Source: Carcharhinus amblyrhynchos (taxonomy: Eukaryota). From it: a stretch of 64,000 nucleotides of DNA. A program made the position numbers and the translations under genes. Shown one piece after another: positions 53,420 through 64,000 of this stretch. The stretch lies in contig OZ336878.1 of assembly GCA_965287045.1 (NCBI GenBank), positions 104,346,001-104,410,000 of the forward strand. The letters are read 5' to 3'. The notes below the pieces were generated by a model that saw nothing but the letters and a program-made list of their open reading frames with translations, searched no databases and had not been told where the DNA came from. Numbering within the stretch: position 1 is the stretch's first letter; each line of letters starts with the position of its first letter.

Positions 53420-54210
53420 AAACATGCGGCCTGCTTTATCCTGGATGATTACAAGCTTCGTGAGTGTTGTTGGAGCTGGACCCATTGAGACAATTGACGG
53501 ACATTCCACCATACTCATTACTTGGGCCTTGTGACAGATTTTGGGGAGTCAGGACATGAGCTACTTACTAGCTACATGAGCTATTCTTAGCCTCTGACGA
53601 GCTCTTGCAGATATTGTTTATATTTGACGAGTCCAGTTGAGTTTCTATTCAATGGGAATCCGAAAAATATTGACAACGGGGGATTCAGTGATAATAATGC
53701 CATTATATATCAAGGGGCGTTTGCCAAATTATCTCTGATGCATGATTGTCATTGCCTGGCATTTGATTGGTGCAAATGTCACATTCCACTTGTCAGCTCT
53801 AGCCTGGCTATTGTTCAGATCTTGTTAAATTTGAACATGGACTCCTTCCATATCTGAATCGCAAATAGTGCTGAACATCGTATAATCATGGGCGAACATC
53901 TCCCCTTCGACTTTAAGATGGTGTGAAAGTCATTGCTGAAGCAATTGAAGATGGTTGGGTGTTGAACATAGCCCTGAGGGACACCAGCAGAGATCTCCTG
54001 AAGCTGAGATGACTGACACTCTCAGCCGCAACATAATTCTATGTATCAGCTATGACGACAACCAGCGGACAGTTTGCTCATTGATACTCATTTATTCCAG
54101 TTGTGCTGTGGCTCCTTGATGCCACAACTCCGTCGAAAGCAGCCTTCATGTCAAGGTCTGTCACTTTCACCTCACCTTTGGAAGTTAGAGGTTTTGTCTA
54201 TGTTTGAAGC
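53420..54210 (-). mobile_element. CR1-type LINE fragment in an intron of copy B
   Basis: Reverse GVPQGYVQHPTIFNCFSNDF (RT QG motif) at about 53925-53985. Confidence 0.65.
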
Positions 54211-54647
54211 AATATTTGAATTTCTAACATGGGACAGGCTTAACTTAAAGTTATTGGACAAAACTGAACATTTTCACTTAGCTATCAGTTGCACAATAGG
54301 CCTTTCCACTGAATCAATATCAGGTCAAATTCCCCGGGACGTATAACAGTTTGGTTAAACGACATTGTCCCATTTAGAATATGGTCCGAAGTTAATATTT
54401 TCCCCCATTTGTGGTTAGTTAAACGAAAGTTAAACTATTCGAGTAATAAACCGAAGGATTTACGTCTTGTGGAAGCAGTTACCGTCAAATAACTTTTCTG
54501 GATGTATTTATTTTTAAAGTTATGTAGATTGCAGACAGTAGTCAAATCACAATAATTTTGCGGAGTAATCAACGTCCCTAACATTTGCTAATGCTACTCC
54601 TTTCGATGGACCCCCTTTTAATAATTTTTTTGCCTGTAATTTCTTAC

Positions 54648-55051
54648 TGCTTCGATTGTCTGGGAGGGACTTCCTCTGAATTCGTGCAGTTTGTAATGCG
54701 CAAACCTCTTCTTCGATTTCCCCCTTTCGGATTCCATTCTACAGAAGGCAAAGCCCTGAGTATTTGGACTGAGGTGTGCAGGGTATCCCACGTGATACTA
54801 CCTGATGAGCACTGCAGCATGGTGCATGCTTATTCAGCTAGTAATCGAAGAAGTTTTGAAAGTCCTTTTCAGAATTGCATTCCTGGTAATGGAGCCTCTG
54901 TGTAAATCCCCACCAACAGTTCAGCAGTTTCACAATGATACTAATCATTCACGATTTAGGCCACGTCATCGGGGAAAATGCCTGCAACGGTCCAAAGTAG
55001 CTTGAACACGATATTTACTCTGACCTAAATCAGAACATGCATTATCTATTA
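54648..55051 (-). pseudogene. Copy B: kinase subdomains I-V
   Basis: Acceptor ctgtttatctttcag, donor A|gtaaga. SKYRVQATLDRCRHF (decayed Gly loop), ECNSEKDFQNFF (cf. ASEKD..DF), HQVVS..CTP..GLCLL/VEWNPKGG..RGLR (cf. H.NIV.L..CT..PL.LIVEY..KG.L..FLR). Confidence 0.7.
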
Positions 55052-55570
55052 CTGAAAGATAAACAGCGTAAGTTGACATACTTCTTCCCTATTTGACCAA
55101 TGTCCAAATTAATTGATTAAATATCTTGCGTTAACATTTATTTTTGCTGACCCGGCCCGTCCCGACTAAATGCACTGCCAAACGTGAGGGAATAGGATGC
55201 TAAGAACTAAAACCAGGTGATGGCTTCTTATTTAAATAATAATAATAAAATGATTATGCGGAACAGGTAGGGATGTTTATTTGAGACAAAGGAGAGATCA
55301 GCATAATGTGATCGAATGGAGGAGCAGGTCCAAATTTGCCGACTTGCCTACTTTTGTTCCTTATTCTTATATTCCTATGTCTTGCCACACAGGTAGCGTT
55401 AGGTAAAATTAGGCACGAAGGTCAGAAAGGCTCATCAGTAATAGTTCACATTACTGTATTTAATATTGAGTTCTAACGGCTTAAAGCGGCTGGACATTGA
55501 GAACAATTTCTGAAGCGGTCACACTGGTATGCCAGTTTACTGTTACGTCAAAATAATAATGAAATTGTAC

Positions 55571-55784
55571 CTCCCTATTCTTGGCAGTTGATGGTGGAAA
55601 ATCGGAAACGTGCCAGTCCGTTTTTGGTCGATTTGGAATGCTTTCTCTTTTTAGAGTGTTTCTCTGGTAGTGAAGAACCTAGATGTGCGCATACAAGGCG
55701 AGGGATATTTGAAGAACAAGCCCAACCTTTATTACGAGGCTGACTGGAGCAGGAAACTGCAAATCGTGAACATGTGAATTGCTT
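55571..55784 (-). pseudogene. Copy B: TM and juxtamembrane exon
   Basis: PVSLVIKVGLVLQISLALYAHI*VLHYQRNTLKRE, hydrophobic then basic. AG/GT bounded and in phase with the upstream exon. Confidence 0.62.
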
Positions 55785-55829
55785 CTGAAACCACTTAGTC
55801 GCAAACGTAAACACTTGCAGTTAGTGCTG

Positions 55830-56630
55830 AAGGTGTAAAATGCAAGACGACATGGAATTACATGAGTAACGTCAAACAGTGCTATTTCTTAGCTGACTGT
55901 GTCTCCAACCAGACAGGGAGGACATAAGGTTGGAACAGTTGAGTGAGGACGCAATGATGCAACACCTAATTGAAGAGCTGGAGAAGGAAAAGTCCGAGGG
56001 AGTGTGACAGAGAGTGCCGAAGAGGAGACGAGAGAACTGGGAGGAGAACACCAGAATAAATTATTGCTGAGAAGAACAATTGGAAGACGAACAAAGGAAG
56101 ATATTCCGGGCAGCAGAAGAGACCCTGTATGTTGCGGCTGTTCAGGTGGAGCTCAGAGTAGCAGTGAGAAGTTGGAAAGTCAGTAGAAGCTTTGCACTTC
56201 GGCGGCAAAGGTAACAGTTTGGAGCAGTGGTTTTCTGCTCGGCATGGCTGAAGAACTAGATGGATTGCACCCTCAGAAACCATTGGAACATGTGTCTCAA
56301 CAGAAGAGATTGAAGCACCAGAAATATCAGTAGGATGTGCTTTGTTCGCACGTACCAGTTATTGTGCTATCTAGTGTTCTCTACCAGGGTTTGCCCGTTA
56401 AGTGAGATGCAGTTTGTGTTAATTCTGAATTGTACAACATAAGATAAATAATTTCTATTATCTTTTTATCGTCGTGTAGTCATGTTTACATTGATTTGTC
56501 TAAAACGGTCGAAACCAGCTATTTTATTCTCTTATTAAGTACCTGTAATCTCAAAGTTTGTATTAATAAGCAAAAATGCATTGGCGCCTAACTGAATGTT
56601 GCGAAAATTTGGTGTTCCGCTTAAAAATTG
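55830..56630 (+). mobile_element. Probable solo LTR in an intron of copy B
   Basis: Purine-rich LTR-like body, poly(A)-signal-like region, ending near a PBS-like aaaatttggtgttccgc. Confidence 0.35.
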
Positions 56631-56892
56631 TACCAATAGCATCTTCCTGTATTGCAGGCATCAGGCACGTGCAAGCGTCAAATGATACAGGCATCAGTTA
56701 TTTTTCCATCCAAACAATGATATAGCACAGGAGGCGCTGATCGTTTGATCTGGAATGTTTCTATTTTGAATTTGTCTTCGTCATTCGAGAGGAATAACAA
56801 AAATTATAATATGGTTATGATTCTGAACTCTTTCACAGCAGGAGGGCGCCATTTTTTGACATCTCCCACAGCGCTTTTCCCCAGTGGCTTAC

Positions 56893-57362
56893 TTCCAGAC
56901 ATTTGCATCACGACCATTCTTGACACTGAAGCCTCATAAAAAGATTTTTTTTTGTCCTGGAACGATAGCGAGGGCTTTAGTATTGTCGGATCTAGTGTCA
57001 TGGCTCAGGGCATAAGAATCAAAAATGCTAGCATTCTGGTAATAGCTGAGCTGAAGTTGCAGTGTCACGAGCTTTTCATTGATAAGATTGGGCAGTTCTG
57101 ATAGTACACTCAGTGTTGTTTCCTCAATGGTAAAATTAACTCTGTTGCACAGGAGCTCACCAGGGCTATCTGGAGACCACGGAATGGACAAAGTTCCCCT
57201 GGGGACAAATTTCATTTTCGCCATGCTGTTTCCTATTGAATGTTGAAAATACCTTAACCAATAGCTCCTCAAGCATGAATCTCACGAACAGTCGATACCC
57301 TCAGGGCTAACTCCCAGTATCATGATGTACTATCCACGGGGGAACCACTATTCTCGGTGGAC
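56893..57362 (-). pseudogene. Copy B: membrane-proximal domain (R2B RPTP / SUSD1 / Wsck type)
   Basis: Acceptor ttatttgttgcag|GPPRIVVPP. VLSELP...YALSHDTRSDNTKALAIVPGQKKIFL*GFSVKNG (cf. F.LGD..TY..Y.N.PL.P...Y.I....S..NG). Donor |gtaagc. Confidence 0.58.
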
Positions 57363-58179
57363 CTGCAACAAATAATCAAATGGACAATAAACATCCAGGG
57401 TTGTGGTCCTAATGGCATTCTCATTGAGGAATTTAAATCGAAGTCCTCAAGACGCAAAGCTTCCACTCACATCAAAACACGCATTCCTGCAATAGATTTG
57501 CAGACAAATCTCACCTCGACTTGGTGAGATACATAAGGTTGTAATTAAATCCTTCGTTTTCACAGCGTTGTAATGGCATCTAAATCACGAAACAACTGCT
57601 TAAATTGACTTTATCTCCATCTTTCAAGAACAGTAGTCGTTCTTGGAGGAGAGAGACAGAAGGTAGAAAGGAAATGGAACAATTCGGTTATATATTAACT
57701 GCAAGCTAACGTTCCTTTGCGATTCAGGTAACAGGGATCACTTAATTAGCACTTCACATTTCAATGCTTTTATTTGGCAAATCACATAAATGCAGAACAC
57801 ACAAGGAGGTTATTCTCCCATCGAATTTGTAATGGTTTCCGCCACCTTTGCAAATCACGTTAACGCTGTGCTTTCTGATCGTTGACACTTCGGTCATTCC
57901 AACTTGTCTATGCTGGTATAACTTTCACAGTTTTAAACACATCAGGCAGATGTAAGATCATAACAACCAAAGGACCACAAGAAATAGGATCAGGAAGAGG
58001 TCATAAGATCATCCATGTTCCCACATTCCTCACGTCCACTGTCCTGCTCTTGTGTCAATCTTTTCACCATGTCTAAGTTATGGCTACGAGGTGATATTAT
58101 ATATCTCGATTTGTACTATTAGCTTGTCTACTTTTTGCTGCATTAAGATACAAAACATTCAGGTCTTTTTGTGACTCTT

Positions 58180-59340
58180 AATTATCCTAAGATTTCTTTA
58201 TTTTGCATATTGCCCTGCATTACCCTGTCCACTATTTTTACTTTTTCCTGCGCATTTCTAAATTACAGCCCTTGGTTCTTTCCCGTGTCACCACTGCCGT
58301 GCAATTCTAGATTCCGCCCTTTTCAGACATAAGCAAATACATCTGTCCCCGTCATGACCAGCTTGCAGCTGTCCAGTTTGTACGGGTTTTCCACCCCAGT
58401 ACCGGCCCGTGTCCCACAAATCTAAAACGCTCCCCATTCTTCCAAATATCCAGCCACCTAATCGTCTGATGAACCCTACTATTTCTACTCTGACTAGCAG
58501 CGTCACTGCTTTCATTCGGGAGAAAAAATTGAGATGCTACTTTTCAACTTGCGTCGTAACTGCCAATATTAGTTTTTTTTAGGAACTCATCCTTTTTTTT
58601 GATTATTGCGTTGGTACTCAAGTTCATCACCGCCACTGAATGTTCATTACCCTCACCTGCTCCCTTCCAGAGAATCCTGCAGTCATTCGGAGACATATTT
58701 CATTCTGACACCACAGAGGCAACATTCCATCTCGGACACTCGTTTGCAGCCATTGAAACGCCAATTTAATGGTCTTCCAATTGAATTTCCTACAAATATT
58801 GAATCCCTCGAATTTACCTCCTGGTCTCCTGTAGGAAAGCTAAATGAGCAGCATAGAATTAGGCTCTCGTTTTTTTTTCCCGAAGACGATATTCAATCAA
58901 CAGGACTAAAAGTGGTATCGGTGCATTGCAGGAATATTCGTTGTGACCGACCCGAGTAAATGTCAAAAATGGCCTAGGGCTCTCACCCCAGTTACAAGAC
59001 TGTCGTGATTCTAGATTTATGTCGGATTGATAACATGACTTCAGCTTAGGTTTAAAGGAAGTTACTTGGTAACGTTCAACCTTTGAACTTTCACATGGAA
59101 ACACAGAAAATAGGAGGTGGAGTAGGACATTCAGCTCTTTAAGCCTGCTGTGATTCAAAATGGTCTTGAATTATCTTCTCTCTCGAAGTCATACTCAAAA
59201 CCTCCCCCTCATGCACGTTGACACCTTTACAAAATAAACATGCTGTGATTTCCTGCCTAAATATATTCCGTTATTTGGCTTCGACAGCCTTTTGCTGTAG
59301 AGACTTTTACAAATTCACCACCCTCTGACTGAAGCCCGCA
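58180..59340 (-). mobile_element. Old CR1 fragments (ORF1 region and a 3' tail)
   Basis: Motifs ccccagtaccggcccgtgtcccacaaatct (ORF1 region) and tail gaaaataggaggtggagtaggacattcagc. Confidence 0.55.
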
Positions 59341-59589
59341 TCTAGCCTGCATCCTTCCATGGTAGTCAGACTGGCCAGTTACGAATGACATCAGCTCCGA
59401 ACCAATGAATAGCTTAATCGTTTGCTTACTGGATCCCCATCCATCCCACTTGCCAGCCTTTTAATTTAGTCTAGTCAACTGATCTAGCGCACTGTGCCAT
59501 CCTATCTGTTCTAGGGCGTGGAATTCCATTTCCTCAGTGTGCAAAACGGTGAGCAGCATTTAACACTTAGGTAGACATTTGCCAGTTAC

Positions 59590-59857
59590 TCTTTCAGATG
59601 ACGGTAACGTCAGTGGAACAGAAGACGGATATACAGGCAGCTACATGCTATCGCCCTTGACTCCAAAACAATCTGATCAATCTACTATTTTCCAATAATT
59701 TTCTTGATTCCGCAGCTGGTTCTCACGTGAAGACAAATATCAAAGCTTTGTCTGGAAATATGCTAATTTTCAGGACACTTCTATGTTTTATTTCCTGTAT
59801 GGTTTGGTTAGGAACACGCACTTAATAGCACCTAAAATGGACTGACATGATCACTAT
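59590..59857 (-). pseudogene. Copy B: FN3-like pseudo-exon
   Basis: Strong acceptor tgctgtttctctcacag, donor |gtaact, 268 nt (FN3-exon size). NIEVS*K (W to stop). Weak protein similarity otherwise. Confidence 0.45.
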
Positions 59858-59999
59858 CTGTGAGAGAAACAGCACGGGTGTCATTCTGTAGGATCCAATT
59901 CCAACACTTTCTGATTATCAAAACTTTACCTTTGAAAATCTGCACGTGTCGATCGAGCAACAGGAACAAGAAAGAAAAAAAAAACAAATATTTGGTTCT

Positions 60000-61245
60000 C
60001 TTCAGGTGAAAGTTGACGCCGCTTCTCCAACCCCGACCCGCAAATTTTTTGGCGCGTCAGGATAGGAGATGCGACTGTCGGCCATTTCACTGGATTAGCG
60101 CAATGCGTTCCCGACCCATGCGCGTCTCCCGCAGCCGGAGACCAGGCACAGTGGGGACCGGCTGGAAGAGCATTAAATCTGTTTTCAGTGATTTAAAAGT
60201 AATTTAAATCTGTTTTGAATGCGTTTTAAATATCCATATCGGGCTCCGCACGGAATTCTCCGGGCCGCATAGCACCTTCCACTCCGCCAGTAGTATTTCA
60301 CTGTGGCGGTGTTTATAATAGCTGCCCGCGTGCAGGGAACTAGCGGAACACCACGCTAGAGTGATGGTGGGCAATCGGGTCTCACAGGGGGTCGGGCGGC
60401 GGAGGTGTGGTGCCCCGAGGACATGGGAACCCTAGCAGTGCAAATCCATTACCCTTCCACTGCCAAAGAGGCAAAGTGGCCATACACCTTTGCACTGCCC
60501 ATTGGACATTAAACAGTGCTGAGAGGGCAGTGCATAGGGCAGAAAAGGGCGGGATAACGGGCAGATCCTGGGGCAAGGGGCAGGTCAAGGGGGCGCGTCA
60601 TATTTTGGGCAGGGCCAAGTAGAGCGGTCTAAGGAGCAAGGGATGTGACCAGTTGTGGGCTGCCACAAGGGGCGATCGTGGGGTGGTATGTTCTGCTGCC
60701 ACCCTCCAGGTATGTTCAGTTGGGGCTGGAGGGAGGCCCAAGATCGGGCTGGGCTGGGAGAAGTTTTCTGATAGTGGTCTGCCTCCGGGGTCGTGAGGGT
60801 CAGCGCGCTCCGACGAAGAAAGGGGTTGGAGGGATCGTCACTGTTCTGGGGCCTGGACACTGCGATGCTGTGGGGCTTGGTTGGGGGGGGGGGGGTGGGG
60901 ATGGTGGTGATTGGGGCTGGCACGGGGATGCCTGTGAGGGCTGCGATCAGATAGTGGGGGAAACAATTGCAAGGAGAGCACTGTGGGGGCGGGGGGAGGG
61001 TAGTCCCGAATTGGCCAGCAAAGTGCAATTTGACAGATTGCCCGGACCAGTCAGACTCTGGCCTGAATATGCGTCCCCCGCCCCCCACCTCATCTTTTAA
61101 TGATATTCACGACTGTGACCTCTGCGGTGCATAGACTATGGGACTTTCCAGTCCGAACGCCCATTGAACAAAAGGCAATCATGATTTTAACCACTTTTCT
61201 TACCAGGTCAGCAGTTGAAATGTTATTTTGGGAAAATCGGGGCCT
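60000..61245. mobile_element. GC-rich non-autonomous DNA transposon-like element
   Basis: GC/G-run-rich non-coding block with abrupt boundaries and decayed terminal motifs (ggtgaaagttgac... / ...gggaaaatcggggcc). Confidence 0.45.
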
Positions 61246-61299
61246 CTATTTCTTAAAGATTTTGAGAAAGGCTTGAGGCCGTTGCACAAATGACATCTA

Positions 61300-61882
61300 T
61301 TTAAATTGTTGGAGAGAGGTTTTCCAAAGATTGCTCAGCGTTGATACAGGCAATGAGTCACCGACTGTCGCAGATAGCCAGTAGCTCATCGAATAGTTTG
61401 CGTTATATTCCACAATTATTGATGTTAGTTTGTCGAAATACACGTTTGCTTACTGAAATAATTTCGTGCCGCTTCCATAATTAATCCCCAGAAAGCGAAT
61501 AGAACAGAGCTGGAGCTTGCCAAAGTGATCGGCAGACCATGTCGATTAGCTACAATTTAATTATGATCGAAAGTTATTTAAAATGAAAATGGAATAAAAT
61601 GCAAACCACTTGTCGATTCACTATGACCACTTTGCACAATGGAACAAAATGAATTGTTGCTCCTTGCTCTTCGTTTCTGATGCTGCAGCAGAAAATGTGT
61701 CCATTGCTTCCACCTGACAAGATTATGGACGCCCTCATCTCAGACCGGAAGACTATTGGATATATTGAAAACCTTCAGAATCCACAGCACATGTCTTTGG
61801 AATATAAACATGCCAATTGTAACCCTGATAAGGAGAAATATTGTCTTGATATTCAGCATTAATGAAACTGTAGCTGGTGTAT
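61300..61882 (-). pseudogene. Copy B: two FN3 pseudo-exons (61610-61882; about 61300-61549)
   Basis: DTPATVSL...IRVT/NW. Then SLWQAP...VEYNANYSMSYWLSATVGDSLPVS (cf. L.P.TNYSISV.A.T..G.S.P.S). Confidence 0.6.
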
Positions 61883-62089
61883 CTAGGTCACTGACATACC
61901 AAAATTAATAATTAATTGTTTTTAATATATATTCCATACCTTACTTAGAAAATGGGGATATGTGTTCCAAATGCAGAGCAGATTCCCACCAATTTTGTTG
62001 AACATAAAACTGTTTCCTTTCCCCAAAAACAATTTAAAAATTTAACTCCATAAAGAAGCCAACACTACAAATGGCAACATAAATATTAC

Positions 62090-63050
62090 AAATTTATTTT
62101 ATGTGAATTTGTTGTCACAATTAATACCGAAATGAAGTTACTGTCAAAGTCCCCTTGTCGCTGCAGCGACTACTCGGGTCATGCAGCTAAACAGCACGTC
62201 TTTCAGAAAGCAGGAGGAAACGGGAGCATCCGGAGTAAACACACACAGACAAGGGGAAAAAAAGTGCAAACTGCACGAAGGCAGTGCCCAAGCCCGGCAT
62301 CGAACTGGGTCCCTGCGCTTTGAAGCAACAGTGCTCACCATTGTGCTACCGTGCTGCCCCAAATATGACAAATATGTGATGAGACAAGAAAACAAATGCA
62401 TAAATGGTCTGAAACTTGCTACACTATATGGAATCATGACCTGAATGTATTCATCAACTCACGTTTCCAGTCCAATCCATAGAAACCCTACACTGCAGAG
62501 GAGGGCCATTTGGCCCATGGGGTCTGCAATGTCAACAATGTCACCCAAGCAGTATCCCCGTAACCTCACGTATTCACCCTGTTATTTCCCCTGACACTAA
62601 GGGGTAATTCATCATGGTCAATCTACACAACTCGCACATCTTCGGTCTGTGCGAGGAAACAGTAGCACATAGAGTAACACCATGCAGAAACCAGGACAAT
62701 ATGCAAACTCCAGAAGTATATTTTAATAAGCACCTGCTATTTGTTCAACTCGTGTAATGGTTGTCGATCTTGCTTCTTGTGTCTCACTTTTGTTAGAACT
62801 AGCACTGCTGCGTCATGACACCAACGACCCGGGTGTGATTCACGGAGTGGGTCACTGTGTTAGATTTTGCAATTTCTATACTTGTCTGCTGTGGGTTTCC
62901 TCCGGATGCTCCTGTTTCCTCCCAAACGATGTGCTGGTTAGGTGCTTTGGCCATGCTAAGTTCTGCCTCAGTGTAACCGAACAGGGGCGGAGTGTGGATT
63001 CTAAGGGATTTTCAAAGTAACTTAATTGTATTTTCAATGTAATCTACTTT
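62090..63050. mobile_element. Cluster of three HE1-type SINEs (62090-62360 minus, 62477-62712 minus, 62790-63050 plus)
   Basis: HE1 core and head motifs in each (aaacgggagcatccggag; gtgctgcccc; gtgggtttcctccggatgctcc). Confidence 0.75.
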
Positions 63051-63059
63051 CACACTCAG

Positions 63060-63490
63060 TGAAGTGTCAGCTGTATCATCTTTTCGATAGTCGTAGAAGC
63101 GTTGATCTCGCTTTCCACTCTTTATTTCGGGTACGTGCATTATACTCATTGTTGTAGTGACGGACGGAATTTTTTGCACAACGTTATTACACAGTCCACA
63201 GAATTACGGAACTATCCGACGAAACCTTGCTCATTGAAGAAAACCTCATGGGTTACCTGCGTCGTTGCCAAGTTCAGCACGTGTTGACCTTATCTAATTT
63301 CTTGAACATAGGCAGGTGCTGAAATATCTTGAAGCACAGAAATCCGCCTGGTTCACATTAAAAATTGCTGCTGGGAACTTACGTCGATTTCGTAACCGCA
63401 GAGAAACGGCTATAAATTTTCAACTCAGGATGGCATGCGATGTTGCGGAAGACCTGCGGCCCCTTTCTTCCTAGGGGGAATCGCATGCTT
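63060..63490 (-). pseudogene. Copy B: EGF-like pseudo-exon (63383-63490) and first FN3 pseudo-exon (about 63060-63318)
   Basis: ag|(E)ACDSP...LCGYEID|gtaagt, then ag|(A)PAYVQEIR..STRAE/TWQR. Same order as Eph exon 4 to exon 5. Confidence 0.45.
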
Positions 63491-64000
63491 CTGAGATATT
63501 GTCAAACAAAACCCGCAGCACGTCTTGTAGATTTTACCCACTGCTGCCATTGTAATTCGATGGTGGAGTCAATTCGTGTAGAAGTATTGAATGGGGTGTC
63601 TATGAGATGGTTGTTTTGTCCTGGATGTTATCGACCTGCCTCAGTGATATTCGCTCACCCAGGCAAGTAGAGAACATTCCATTATAATCCAAAGTTTGTC
63701 CATGATGGACAAGCTTTCCGAAAGAGGATCGAGTTACTGCAGAACTCATAGCCTTTGTCCTTCTCTTGTTAAGATAAGCGCGTGCTCTCCTGCACTCTTC
63801 ATTGATTCAGGGCTGACCTCTTGTATTGATGTTAATATTGGTAGTGGGACATGCCTATATATTCCTGCAAAATTCATTGCTACTGCTGCTGATTGCCCAC
63901 AGTGCCTCAAAGTTGCCGGGTTTTGAGTTTCTGGATCGGGAAAACGTAGCACCACGATAGTTCCTCACCAGAAAAAGAAAATGATGTCACTTCCTGCATC

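Larger units (their letters stand above)
51720..63490 (-). pseudogene. Receptor tyrosine kinase pseudogene, copy B (EGF-like, about 4 FN3, RPTP/Wsck-type membrane-proximal domain, TM, Tyr kinase); 5' part probably beyond the window
   Basis: Colinear pseudo-exons, most bounded by AG/GT. Kinase motifs I-XI recognisable. Many stops and frameshifts. Confidence 0.8.

Noticed and set aside
54648-55051. Apparent TCR/Ig C1-like words (QATL..FPDDV)
   Set aside because: No canonical Cys/Trp spacing. Kinase subdomain I-V motifs explain the exon better.
55575-55814. ORF with ZP-domain-like words (GWACSS, NGLARFRFST), and a cytokine-receptor Box1-like IPNRP in another frame
   Set aside because: ZP cysteines and a WSXWS motif are absent. 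The exon phase and the downstream kinase favour a TM/juxtamembrane exon of an RTK.
60382-61100. Pro/Gly-rich ORFs of 150-167 aa on both strands
   Set aside because: A by-product of a GC-rich repeat element with few stop codons; no domain motifs.

Overview
Eukaryotic, repeat-rich vertebrate DNA, almost certainly shark. HE1-type tRNA-derived SINEs, HER1/CR1 LINEs and Gmr1-like Gypsy elements dominate. The ORF track is mostly spurious or transposon-derived. Three non-repeat systems can be read by eye across frames. (1) A minus-strand multi-exon gene at about 21.4 kb running off the left edge, with a chain of symmetric phase-1 microexons; product unidentified. (2) A plus-strand receptor tyrosine kinase pseudogene at about 42.4-51.0 kb. 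(3) A convergent minus-strand paralogous RTK pseudogene from about 63.5 kb (or beyond the window) to 51.7 kb. The reconstructed architecture is Eph ligand-binding domain, Cys-rich region, EGF-like domain, about 4 FN3 domains, an RPTP/Wsck-type membrane-proximal domain, TM and Tyr kinase, with no SAM domain seen. This does not match canonical vertebrate Eph receptors (2 FN3 + SAM) and is the most interesting signal here. All domain calls were made by eye through stops and frameshifts and need HMM or alignment confirmation. Repeat boundaries are approximate.
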